From Octopus sinensis (lineage: Eukaryota), in the NCBI RefSeq assembly GCF_006345805.1, contig NC_043012.1, positions 6,448,001 to 6,512,000 of the forward strand: a stretch of 64,000 bases of DNA, in the 5' to 3' direction. Below the pieces are notes generated by a model. That model was not told the origin of the DNA, searched no databases, and saw nothing but the letters and a program-made list of their open reading frames with translations. Shown here one piece after another: positions 25,780 through 37,812 of this stretch (the stretch's first letter is position 1; every line of letters begins with the position of its first letter). The position numbers and the translations under genes were made by a program.

Positions 25780-26937
25780 GTTTAGCGTCCGCTTTCCATG
25801 CTGGCATGGGTTGGACCAATGATAGTCTCAATATGGTATTGCTTTTAATAGTTTATTCAAGTGAAACACTAAGTGACTGTGGTTTTGAAATTGCCACAAG
25901 AATATTTTGTCATAATGTCTTTTGAAAATTGCAGTTTCAAATTTTTTGATTGATTGGAGAAAGCTTGTCAAGTTGGTATAAATCAGTTTGTGGAGCTGTT
26001 GCTCGTCAAACTATGAAGTCAGAAACATTTTGCATTCTGTAGGTGCAGGCACTGGCTGTGTGGTTGAGAAACTTGCTTCCAAGCCATGTGGTCTAGGGTT
26101 CAGTCCCACTGTGAGGCACCATGGATAATTGTCTTCCATTATGACCCTGGGATACCAAGGACTTATGATGGAAATTGAAGCTCATTGTGTGTGTGTGTGT
26201 GTGTTTGTGTTTATGTTTGTCCCCCATTAACCCTTGGCAACAATGCTGCTGGTTTGTTTGCGCCCTTGTGACCTAGTAGTTCAGTAAAAAGCGACTGACA
26301 GAATATGCACCAGGCTTAAAAGTAAGTATTGGGGCTTGATTTTTCAATTTAATCCTTCAGGGCAGTCAAAAAACTGAAAGAAATGAAAGATAAAGGGGCA
26401 AGATATACATACACAGGAACTTAGACATCTTCAAACAGGAATAGGGTTTGGATGTGGGAGCGTTCACTGAATAAAAGGACGTGTATACCTGGTATTTTAT
26501 TTCAACACCCCAAAATATAAGGAAGTGTGAGGTGGGGCATGAAACAAAATAACTCAAAGTAGAATTGAACCTACAGCTTACTTCCTCTCCATAAACATAT
26601 ACACAATAGAATGCATATGTAATATAGACAAGCATACAAACATATACATACATACATATATATATATATTTATACACACATACATATATATATACACACA
26701 TATACATATATATATATACACACACACACATATATATATATACATGTATAAATATATACATATACACACACATACATACATATATATGTATGTATATATA
26801 TATAATCAGCAGAAGTTGACTCAAAGGATAAGAGTCTTTTATGTTGGCACCTATCAGGTGCATGAAACTCTCAGAGTCACTCTGTACAATCTGTTGATTA
26901 CTAATAAAAGACATATATATATATATATATATATATA

Positions 26938-27361
26938 GCCGAGGGATTAAGATTAATCAAAGGACATACTAAGTATGTCTACCTGCTTGAAATAACAGTC
27001 AAAACTCTTATTAAATTGCCAGAAATACACTGATGAAAACTAGCAGAAATCAAATGAAGGCAAAATCAGGTTAAGACAATCTGTTGCAGCACAGACTTCA
27101 GAACGATGGGTTGAGAATCTCTAATCATGGTAACGAGTGCTGAAGAAGCTAAGGCTTATTTTGCCAGTGCAGAAACCGGTCCACGTGAGTCCAGATACTA
27201 AAATGTATGTTAGTAGATTGTCTTGACCTGATCTTGCCTTCGTTTGATTTCTGTAGTTTCCATCAGTGTATTTTTGGCGATTCAATGATAAGAGTTTTGA
27301 CTGTTATTTCAAGCAAGTTGATATACCTAGTATGTCCTTAGATTAATTTTAATCCCTTGGC
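26938..27361 (+). mobile_element. Fold-back element copy 1 (about 145-bp imperfect inverted arms, about 130-bp loop with a hammerhead)
   Basis: Left arm gccgagggattaa...agacaatct (26938-27082) is the reverse complement of the right arm agattgtct...ttaatcccttggc (27215-27361). Flanked by TA. Confidence 0.85.
27134..27187 (+). ncRNA. Type I hammerhead ribozyme motif in the loop of fold-back copy 1
   Basis: cgaGTG-CTGAAGA-A-GC taa GGC ttatttt GCC agt GC-A-GAAAC-CG-GTC-CACgtg. Helix III is the palindrome ACCGGT; predicted cleavage after 27181. Confidence 0.65.
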
Positions 27362-27476
27362 TATTTAATGCTATTTTTTTGGCCTGCTATCGCTTGTGTC
27401 ATTGATTCTGTTTTATCATTTTTTAAATAGTTACATTGGAAAATAATAGAATTGATGACACCCTTGTAAATTAATA

Positions 27477-27509
<33 letters not shown>

Positions 27510-27933
27510 GCCGAGGGATTAAGATTAATCAAAGGACATACTAAGTATGTCTACCTGCTTGAAATAACAGTCAAAACTCTTATTAAATTGCCAGAAATAC
27601 ACTGATGAAAACTAGCAGAAATCAAATGAAGGCAAAATCAGGTTAAGACAATCTGTTGCAGCACAGACTTCAGAACGATGGGTTGAGAATCTCTAATCAT
27701 GGTAACGCGTGCTGAAGAAGCTAAGGCTTATTTTGCCAGTGCAGAAACCGGTCCACATGAGTCCAGATACTAAAATGTATGTTAGTAGATTGTCTTAACC
27801 TGATTTTGTCTTTGTTTGATTTCTGTAGTTTTCATCAGTGTGTTTTTGGCGATTCAACGATAAGAGTTTTGACTGTTATTTCAAGCAAGTTGATATACCT
27901 AGTATGTCCTTAGATTAATTTTAATCCCTTGGC
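27510..27933 (+). mobile_element. Fold-back element copy 2 (tandem duplicate, period 572 bp)
   Basis: About 10 differences from copy 1 by manual count. The duplicated unit also includes about 120 bp of unique flank and a (TA)n run. Confidence 0.85.
27706..27759 (+). ncRNA. Type I hammerhead ribozyme motif in the loop of fold-back copy 2
   Basis: Core identical to copy 1; predicted cleavage after 27753. Confidence 0.65.
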
Positions 27934-28184
27934 TATTTAATGCTATTTTTTTGGCCTGCTATCGCTTGTGTCATTGATTCTGTTATTATCATTTTTTAAA
28001 TAGTTACATTGGAAAATAATAGAATTGATGACACCCTTGTAAATTAATATATATATATATATATATATACTTGTGATTTGATTTCTATTTTCTTGTCTAC
28101 ATCACCAAATTTATACATACATTATATATATATATGTGTATGTGTGTATAATTCATCAAAGTTATAATATATTCAATTTCTTAC

Positions 28185-28331
28185 CATTTCTATTTGATCC
28201 TCGGCATGCAATCCGGCCAATCAGGAAACAGGCAGTGATGACTAAAGCAGCTGCTATCATTCCACCGATTATAAAACCTAACGCTGTTCCAGTAGTAATT
28301 GATGATGGTGATATTCTCACTGTTTGGATTT
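28185..28331 (-). CDS. IgSF receptor, transmembrane exon (EIQTVRISPSSITTGTALGFIIGGMIAAALVITACFLIGRIACRGSNRN)
   Basis: Acceptor tttttttcttcag, donor G|gtaaga, 147 nt, phase 1-1. A hydrophobic helix is followed by basic residues. Confidence 0.85.
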
Positions 28332-29180
28332 CTGAAGAAAAAAAAAATACAACAATAAATATAAAAAAGGCAACAACATAAATATTATTAAAAAAAAAAT
28401 GATGGAGCCCAAGTAAAATGGTCAATGGTCTGCATTAAGGAAAAGTAAAGTTCATATGACAGAGTGCAGGCGTGGTTGGGTGGTAAGAAGTTTCATTCCC
28501 AATCACATGGTTCTGAGTTCAGTTCCATTGTGTGACACTTTAGGCAGGCGTCTTTTATTATAGCCCTTGGCTGACAAGTGGCTTGTGAATGGGTTCAGCA
28601 GATGGGAACTGAAAAAAGCCCACCATATATATATATACACAGCTATGCAGGAAGTAAATAGACGTCTTTAGTTTTCAAAGTTTCTGATCTAAGCATCTTA
28701 ATATGTTTTCAGCAATTCTTTTTCATTCCAGGTACCTTTATATTAAACATTTGCGATGAGTAACCATATCATGCATGTCTGTGTATGTGTGTGTATGTGT
28801 GTGTATGTGTGTGTTTGTCCTGCACAACTGTTTGACAACTGGTGATGGTTTGTTTATGTTCCTGTAAGTTAGTGGTTCAGAAAAAGAAACTGATAGAATA
28901 AGTGCCAGGCTTTAAAAGAAATAAGTACAAGGGTTGATTCGTTCAACTGAAACCCTTCAGGGTAATGTTCCAGCATGGCCACAGTCCAGTGACTGAAATA
29001 AGTAAAACAAGTAAAAATATATAAGAGAAATAAAACAGCATAAAGAAAACAAACACACCACAGAGATGACAGTGCCCCAGCATGGCCAGAGTGCAGTAGC
29101 TGGAATCAGTTAAAAAGTAAGATGGCTGAAAGACAATTTTATTTATCAAAAACAGGAAAATAAAAAAAAGAAAAGCTGAC

Positions 29181-29486
29181 CTTCAGTTTTGGTAGTAAAC
29201 TTAAGAGTTTGACTTCTGTTGCGTTCGCCAGGGCGTGTGTTTTCAGTGTGCAACGAGAAAGCGTATTTAGCGCCACGTTTCAGGTTATTGATAGTTACGA
29301 AGATATCATTGCCATTTCCTTGGTCTGCGTGGATTGTTTCTATCCATTCACCATCGTATGAAATAGGTCGGTGGGACAAATAAAACAGCTGTTCATAACC
29401 TCCATTAAATGCTGGAGTCCATTTTACTGTGATGCTTGTATGAGTTATATTTACAACTGTGAAATCCATTGGTTCTAATGGTGGAC
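29181..29486 (-). CDS. IgSF receptor, fibronectin type III exon (GPPLEPMDFTVVNITHTSITVKWTPAFNGGYEQLF...LKRGAKYAFSLHTEN...)
   Basis: Acceptor ttttaatcggtag, donor G|gtcagc, 306 nt, phase 1-1. FN3 W, L and Y signature plus the FNGG motif typical of nephrin/sidestep-like proteins. Confidence 0.9.
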
Positions 29487-30697
29487 CTACCGATTAAAAC
29501 CAAACATACAGTTAAAGATGACCCTGGGGGTTATTATTCAAAGATCAGTTACAGATGACCTAAGAGGTTTAGTTAACAAATAACAGGAGCAGTTAAAAGT
29601 TAAAGCTACAATCTACATTTTGAGGGTCATTTAAAGATGACAAGAATCAGTTACAGATGAATTTAGAGGTGACAGTTTCAAGGGTTAGTTAAAAATTTAT
29701 TTAAAAGCTACTTTTTAAGGGTCATTTAAAAATGTACTTAACAATTATAAATAGTCGTTTAATGATGAACCTTTAGACCCCATTTCAATGATGGATTTAA
29801 ACCCCATTTCAAAGATCTGTTTAAAGTGGGAAGAGAGGTTACATTTTCAGGGTCAGTTAAAGATGGAATTAGAAGGAACAGTTAAAGGTCAGTTGAGTAG
29901 GAACTTAGGACACAAATTTCAAAAAATTTCTCTTTAGCTACATTCAAATTCATATATTGTCATTTAAATTAGTAAACAAGTAACCAACAAATAAAAACGA
30001 AAATACATATCAAGGTTGATATATTTTAGGGTATTACACTCATGACTGTGAGAGCATGGTTTGATTCCCAGACTGGCATTGTGTTCTTGGGCATTGCATT
30101 CTCCAGTGCATGCAACTGTAAATGGGTGATCTTGCAATGGACTGGCAATCTGTTCAGTGGGAATGCTGGCCACCCTGTGGGGTGGCATTATTTCAAAGCT
30201 AAAATAATGCATACATATATACACACATACATATGATGCATTAATTTTTTTTATTTCCCACCTACTGATGTATATAGTTGAACAAATGAATCTATTGTTT
30301 GGGGACATAATCACTCTTTGCCTCATATATATTAATATATATCCAGGTATTTTCACTAAGCAATACAGAGTTTTAAGAAATACAGAATAAAAATTATGGA
30401 ACATCTTGCGATAATGATTAATTACGACCTTGATATGTATTTTCGTTTTTATTTGTTGTTTACTTGTTCACTAATTTAAATGAAAATATATGAATTTGAA
30501 TGTAGTTAGAGAGAAAGTTTTTGAAATTTGTGACCTCGTATACATAATATATATTTAATTAGTTCTACAGAAGAACCCATGTTTAATTAATTCTGTGTAA
30601 AGATTAATATCAATGAGTTTTATAAAAGTTTAAATATAAAATAATTTTATATTAGTATAAATACAAATCCATGTGAAGTTTTGAGTGTTACATATAC

Positions 30698-31078
30698 TGG
30701 AAGCACTCTGTCAGTTACGACGAGGGTTCTGGTTGATCCGAATCAACAGAACAGCCTGCTCGTGAAATTAACGTGTAAGTGGCTGAGCACTTCACAGACA
30801 CGTGTACCCTTAACGTAGTTCTCGAGGATATTCAGCATGACACAGAGAGTGACAAGGCCAGCCCTTTGAAATACAGGTACAACAGAAACAGGAAGTAAGA
30901 GTGAGAGAAAGTTGTGGTGAAAGAGTACAGCAGGGATCACCACCATCCCCTGCCGGAGCCTCGTGGAGCTTTAGGTGTTTTCGCTCAATAAACACTCACA
31001 ACGCCCGGTCTGGGAATCGAAACCGCGATCCTATGACCGCGAGTCCGCTGCCCTAACCACTGGGCCATTGCGCCTCCG
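30698..31078 (-). mobile_element. tRNA-derived SINE family T (tail type 1)
   Basis: Head ggaggcgcaaTGGCCCAGTGGttagggc...GGTTTCGATTCC carries A and B boxes. The same head occurs at 54228 and 58927. Confidence 0.85.
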
Positions 31079-31397
31079 TTACATATATTTTCCTGTACAT
31101 ATAGAAGTCACAGAAGAAGAAAAGAAGGAAGGTAGTTGTTATTTCCTGCTGACCCTCTAACCTTCAAATTACTCACTCAAACAATTCGTTTTGAATTAAT
31201 CATGCCTTATCCTATAATCAAGATTTTCATGATGTGATTATTCTTAGAATGACATTGTGGTGTATTTATGAGAGGTCAAGTCTGATGGGTTTGAACATAA
31301 AACAGGTAGAATATTTGGGCTGGATACGACCTGTTGAAACACTAAAGGGTTAAAACTTTAACAAGAATTAATAAGAAACACCAAATATTTATTTTAC

Positions 31398-31727
31398 CTG
31401 CAGGAATTATTGTGATTTGATGACTACCGGTTCCAACTGAGTTGCTAATATTCAAATTAAGTGTACGGATTTCAGTTTCTCTCAGGTCAGTTATTGTGAA
31501 TATGACAGCATGTCCCTCGGCTGTCACTTCTCTGCCATATGTTGAGAGTAAGACTATTGTCGGTTGTATTTCTGTACTAATGTCTGGCTCAGATGTTATC
31601 GTGTCATCGAAAGACCAGGTCATTTCGCTATAGACTGGGAATGAATAAAAGCTAACAGATATACTCAGATTGCCACCATATTCAATAGAAACATTCGATA
31701 TGGCATCTATCTCGAAAACGGGTTTAG
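31398..31727 (-). CDS. IgSF receptor, cysteine-less Ig-like exon (AKPVFEIDAISNVSIEYGGNLSISVSFYSFPVYSEMTWSF...TLNLNISNSVGTGSHQITIIPA)
   Basis: Acceptor ttattactcactttcag, donor G|gtaaaa, 330 nt, phase 1-1. The Ig pattern is kept (P start, W in strand C, NxxG in strand F). Confidence 0.85.
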
Positions 31728-32373
31728 CTGAAAGTGAGTAATAAAAATAAAAAAGAAAAAGTAGAAGAAATGGATTAGTATTTAGACTATTATCAACTGT
31801 TTTGTAGTCAAATATAACAAATACGAATAATTCAGACTCTCTATCTATAAATTAAATACTGGAAAAATATGCCAAAATATTGGAAATACTGGATTAAATA
31901 CAGGAACATATAAAAAAATTGTAGTGAATTAAAGCAAAAGTAATATGGAATACACCTTTAAATTTTATTGAAAAAATGGTGAACAAAACAAAATATTAAA
32001 AAAGAACAAAACAAAACCAATGCAAGTAGAAGATTCAGCATTTATGAGAAACATAATGATTTGCTTAAAAGTAGTAACAACATACATTTCAAACGTTCTG
32101 AAATCCAACATAAGGAAAATATATTGGAATTGTGAGGTTTATAATGACCATACATAGAAATTAATGGTTATGGAGGATATCACATTCATATAAAATACAA
32201 GTGCATATAAAATCAACTGGTATTTAATTTTTATATTTAGTTTCAGTAAGGTGAAGGATAGGATCTGTAAATAATCCAGTTCTTTAAGGACTGGGGATTG
32301 GGGATTAGGGACTATTTGACCAAGCTAAAATTATGGCCCAGTTTGAACTCCTGTTGTTAGTGTTACTGGCTGG

Positions 32374-32417
<44 letters not shown>

Positions 32418-33279
32418 AAGAGAATGTCTGTGTTTCTGTTTAATAAACAGAAGAAATGAAGTTCAAGTAAGGAAGATTTGAAAATAGAATTTAGTTAAGG
32501 AATATAGAGAGGGAGAGAGAAGGGAAAGAACAAGAGAGATTGTTTGCCAGAAGAGTAAGAGAATTCTTCATTTGGGTTTAGGTGGATATCCTTTTAGAGG
32601 ACTTATGCTGACCTCTTTTTCAACATGCATTGACATGGTGGATAGTGGACCCAAGAAACATGCCTGACCACATGAGTAGATTGAATTACGTGAGATCAAC
32701 TGCCTAACCTGGCTGGGTCTGCCAAGGGCCAGAGAGGTGAGACAGACAAAGCTGAGAGTGATCATTATATGGTCCAGTCCACTATCTGTAAATAGATTGA
32801 AACAGCTTGTTTCAACCCCCTTATAGTAAATGGATTGGATTGAACTATGGAAAACCATAGAATACAAGAATATTAGGGGTGATCAGAATTGGTAATTGTT
32901 GATACAAAATGTCCAAACAGTGGAATAAATTTTATGCCACATAGAAGAAAAGGGAATTTAGTGTTCTGGCTATGGGCATTATGCACTACTGAGAATATGA
33001 TATGAACCGACCATCTCTTGGCTAATTGTCTGCTATAGTATCTGCTTGGAGTGGCATCTTATGACATATGCATGTTGGGAAGTTGGCCAGTGATCTCACA
33101 AACCTAAAGGTCAAATGTTAAGTTATGACTGCTATGGCTGGGTATGACAGGACCCCAAATGTATTGCCTGGGTGCTTGTGGTGTTGTTAAAATAACTCAA
33201 TCAACTTGGTCAACATAAAGAAAAAAACTAAAATAAAAGAAAGAAAACAAGGAAACAAGTAAGTCAAACTATTTAGTAC

Positions 33280-33576
33280 CTTGTATGATAAATTCAGCTG
33301 AACCTGATTTCATAATATTGCCATTTCTATCTGGAATACCATTTTCAACTAAGCATCTATAAGTGCCGCCATCTTCAAATGTTACATTTTCTAAAGTTAA
33401 CACAGCTGGTTCTGAGCTTGTCTCAACGTTGTCGAACTCTTGTAGGATAATTTCACCCCACTTGTGCTGCCACCTGTATGTATATCTATTAGGTTCTCCA
33501 TCAGCGACGCACGTCAAATTTACTTGAGTTCCCTCAGTGGCATTTGGTGGTGTCACCACTTGCACGTCTGGAGAAT
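33280..33576 (-). CDS. IgSF receptor, Ig domain exon (DSPDVQVVTPPNATEGTQVNLTCVADGEPNRYTYRWQH...LTLENVTFEDGGTYRCLVENG...)
   Basis: Acceptor tttcatcttttccag, donor G|gtacta, 297 nt, phase 1-1. Canonical C...W...DxGxYxC I-set/C2 signature. Confidence 0.93.
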
Positions 33577-34149
33577 CTGGAAAAGATGAAACGGACAAGT
33601 ATAAATACAACATCAATATATTTCGGCTTGTGCCAAGACAAAATATTGACCATAGATGAATGTAAAATTCATGGAACTAATCTTAGAATAGAACTGGAAT
33701 TAATTTGATTAGTTTTTCAAGGAAGAAAAGTAGAGTCGATTTTTTGGTAGGAATTGATTTCAAGATGTACAGAAATGAAACAAAACAAAGAAATATTTTG
33801 TATACAGCAAGCTTCCTTAAGTTTTCATCTAACATCTTAACCATACAGCTTCTTCGAGTTCATTCTTTATTCAGTCTTTTAACACTTAACATTACCAACT
33901 ATTTGTTACAATGACAAGTGATGGTCGAGTGAAGCTACTTAGTGGCTAAGGGTGTTTGGCTTATGATTGTAAGGTTGTGAGTTCAACTCCCAGCATCGTG
34001 TTGTGTTCTTGAGCATTGCTCCAGCCCACTCAGCTAGCAAAAACTAGTTGTACCTGTAATTCCTGGGGCTGCTGTATTGTTTTGCAAGACGACTATTTCA
34101 AAGGAGATGATGTTAAAATTTAGGTAAATAAGTTATATTTTTATTAAAC

Positions 34150-34525
34150 ACTAGCAGTATCGCCCGGCGTTGCTCGGGTTTGTAAGGGAAATAACTATAA
34201 AGCATTTTTAGAGAGTTATAGCCAAAAAATAGCAAAAAATGCATTAAAAATGGAAAAAAAATTATGGTAATTTTTTTAAAAAAATCGTTGACTCATCGTA
34301 GACATTTTTAGAGAGTTACTTCCCTTTATTTAAAAAATATGCATTAAAATGGAAAAAAATGATGGTAAATTATTTTTAAAATCGTAGACTCATCGTAGAC
34401 GCACGCTAATACCCAGAAGGGTTCGATATGAATCACGACTATAAGATACCCGGTTTTGGTTAAACTGCATCGCAAAATGTGGGAGTAGTTAGGAATCTAA
34501 ATCGGAGTAGACAGACACACAACCT
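34150..34525 (+). mobile_element. Non-autonomous Helitron/Helentron-like element with an internal duplication of about 105 bp
   Basis: Starts actagcagtatcgcccggcgttgctcggg (subterminal hairpin of HINE/DINE-type elements). Two copies of gcattaaaa(a)tggaaaaaaa...gactcatcgtagac. Confidence 0.45.
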
Positions 34526-35145
34526 TTCTTAAAGATAACCAGTCTGGGAACCTTTTAATGTCACCTCATATATAATATATCTATATATAGCTTATTTATT
34601 ATTGGATAAATAATTAGCAACCTAATTTACCTGACATCACACCATCATCATCATCTAATGTTTTAAATCCAGGTTTTGTCCCCATTAATGGGGGTGGCTG
34701 GATCTACCTCAATGCCATAGCAACTGAGGTATGCAGGTGCAACCCGCCCCAACTTTGTGCTGGCTGGTGCCCATTCACCTTTGCTATCATGAGGCTTTTT
34801 TGGAGCTGAATTTTCTATGGGGAGTATGCCCTTGCTTACCTCCAACCTCAGTTTCTAGACATGAGTGGTCCTGAGACCAAGGCTTCTACTACGATATTTA
34901 AGAAATGTTGTGGAAAACTAGCTCAGGAGGGCAGGGATGCTACTCCCTGAGACCCCTTTCGGAGCCCCCTTACCTAAACCTGACATCACACCAAACTGTT
35001 ACAAAATGAAAAAAGAGGTAAGACATATGATATTATGTAGTCTGAGATGTGCTATGCCTGAAAAAAGAAAATGGATGAAATAGTCACATCTGAAATGTTT
35101 TCATTAACAATCTGACAGACTGAGTTGGAGTGGAACTAAGCAATT

Positions 35146-35277
35146 ATTTACATAATTTACATTATTTACATTTGACGATTATTTGTCCTCATCTTGTCTG
35201 TTGTTGACACAACGTTTCGGCTGATAATACTACGCCATATGCCCCAAGATTCCGAGTTCGATTCCAGGCAGTGACCG

Positions 35278-35331
<54 letters not shown>

Positions 35332-35497
35332 TAATAGCATCGAAAAATATAGGTTCAAAATTTCACCAAGACACCTGATGAAAGCTGGAGGGTGCATCAG
35401 CCGAAATGTTGTGTTAACAACAAACAAGATGAGGACAAATATCCGTCAAATGTAAATAATGTAAATAATGTTATATAATTCCTCATCTCTTAAATAT
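35146..35497. mobile_element. Family H element with an inverted partial duplication
   Basis: The left arm (35146-35226) is the reverse complement of the 3' end. A tRNA B box (gagttcgattcc), (AAT)n and a hammerhead motif follow, the latter at about 35370-35415 (+). Confidence 0.75.
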
Positions 35498-35746
35498 GTA
35501 TTGCTGTATGACGTAAGCAATATCTAAAATATTGCTACTACATTTACAATCTCTATGAAGATTGTCATCACTACAACCACCACCACAAACAACAACACGA
35601 ATAATCCTTTCAACTATAGGCACAAGGCCTGAAATTTGGTGGGGGGGAACAGTCGATTAGATCAACCCTCGTATTCAACTGCTACTGAATTTATCGAAAG
35701 GTTGAAAAGCAAAGTTGACCTTGGCAGTATTTTGAACTCAGAACGT

Positions 35747-36593
35747 AAAGACAAAAGACAAAAGACAAAAGACAAAAGACAAAAGACAAAAGACAGAAGA
35801 CAAAAGACAAAAGACAAAAGACAAAAGACAGAAGACAAAAGACAAAAGACAGAAGACAAAAGACAAAAGACAGAAGACAAAAGACAAAAGACAAAAGACA
35901 AAAGACAAAAGACAGAAGACAAAAGACAAAAGACAAAAGACAGAAGACAAAAGACAGAAGACAAAAGACAAAAGACAAAAGACAGAAGACAAAAGACAAA
36001 AGACAAAAGACAGAAGACAAAAGACAAAAGACAAAAGACAAAAGACAAAAGACAGAAGACAAAAGACAAAAGACAAAAGACAGAAGACAAAAGACAAAAG
36101 ACAGAAGACAAAAGACAAAAGACAAAAGACAAAAGACAGAAGACAAAAGACAAAAGACAAAAGACAAAAGACAAAAGACAAAAGACAGAAGACAAAAGAC
36201 AAAAGACAGAAGACAAAAGACAAAAGACAAAAGACAAAAGACAAAAGACAAAAGACAAAAGACAGAAGACAAAAGACAAAAGACAAAAGACAAAAGACAA
36301 AAGACAAAAGACAAAAGACAAAAGACAAAAGACAAAAGACAGAAGACAAAAGACAGAAGACAAAAGACAAAAGACAAAAGACAAAAGACAAAAGACAAAA
36401 GACAAAAGACAAAAGACAAAAGACAAAAGACAAAAGACAAAAGACAAAAGACAAAAGACAGAAGACAAAAGACAAAAGACAAAAGACAAAAGACAGAAGA
36501 CAAAAGACAAAAGACAGAAGACAAAAGACAAAAGACAAAAGACAAAAGACAAAAGACAAAAGACAAAAGACAAAAGACAAAAGACAAAAGACA
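35747..36593. repeat. Heptanucleotide satellite (AAAGACA)n, 847 bp = 121 units, with interspersed GACAGAA variants
   Basis: Read directly. The array is embedded between gaactcagaacgt and tactgctaagcatttcg of a SINE C copy. Confidence 0.97.
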
Positions 36594-36974
36594 TACTGCT
36601 AAGCATTTCGTCCAGCATGCAACAACAACAACAAAAATAATAAGACTATGAAGGTCGCTCAATGCAGTATGTCCAACTGCTAGGAATAGCAGTCAAATGT
36701 CATTCAAATTATAGCCTACTTTTTGCGAAGAGAAAGACAGATCGTTTGGATACATTGGATAATGTAATCCTAGATTTAGAACACCTACAATAAAAAAAAA
36801 CACCTCTCAATAACAAAGCAAAAAAACAAAAAAAAAAACGAAATAGACACAGTTGGAAGACCTTTGATCATATATCTTTTGGATCTGAAATGACCTGGGG
36901 TTAAACATCAACTGTATGTGTGTAAGTGCATATGTAGATAGAATATAATAAAAAATATAATGTGATATAATGTA

Positions 36975-37005
<31 letters not shown>

Positions 37006-37132
37006 TATATATAGATATATGTATGCATATATATGTATATATATAAATAGATATATATATATATTTATGCATATATATATATATATAAGTATATATACAT
37101 GTATATATATGTATATATATATATATATATGC

Positions 37133-37179
<47 letters not shown>

Positions 37180-37216
37180 ACACATATATATATATATATA
37201 TAATATATATATATAT

Positions 37217-37252
<36 letters not shown>

Positions 37253-37777
37253 ACGCACACATGCAAACATGCACACACATATATATGAATATATATATAT
37301 ATATATATATATTGTACACATATCAATCTATCTATCTATATATATGTATATATATATGTATATATATTTATATACATGACCAACTTGACTAAATACAATA
37401 ATTTCTCCCAGCATTAGAATGTTAGAAAGTTTAATACCCTTTTATATCCTCCAAACTCTGTCATCTCTGAAAGTGGCATCTTTTGAAGAATACAGACGAA
37501 TAATTTTTATGATAAAAGTTACATTTCTATATTTTTCAGTGATTTACTCTAATATTGGTTTGAATATTGAATATTGGAGAAGCAGTGGACTTATCTGTTC
37601 AGTTACTGCATTTGGTTGATTCTTTTTTTGCTTTTGTATTTTGGTGATGTTATTTCAGCAGAGTGCTTTTTTATTGACATGTCCTTCAGTATTGTAAGTG
37701 CTATGTGTGTATGTACTTATGTACATATATTCATACATGTATATAGACATACACATATATGTACACATATACATATA

Positions 37778-37812
<35 letters not shown>

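Noticed and set aside
26938-27361. Interpretation as a simple Tc1/mariner MITE (TIRs plus TA)
   Set aside because: Not excluded, but the TA flanks are part of (TA)n runs and the loop carries a hammerhead core, which favours a retro-derived fold-back.
35636-36662. 334-aa KDKRQKT and FVFCLLS repeat ORFs; CRISPR-like appearance
   Set aside because: Pure 7-mer satellite with no spacers; stop-free only because one strand lacks T.
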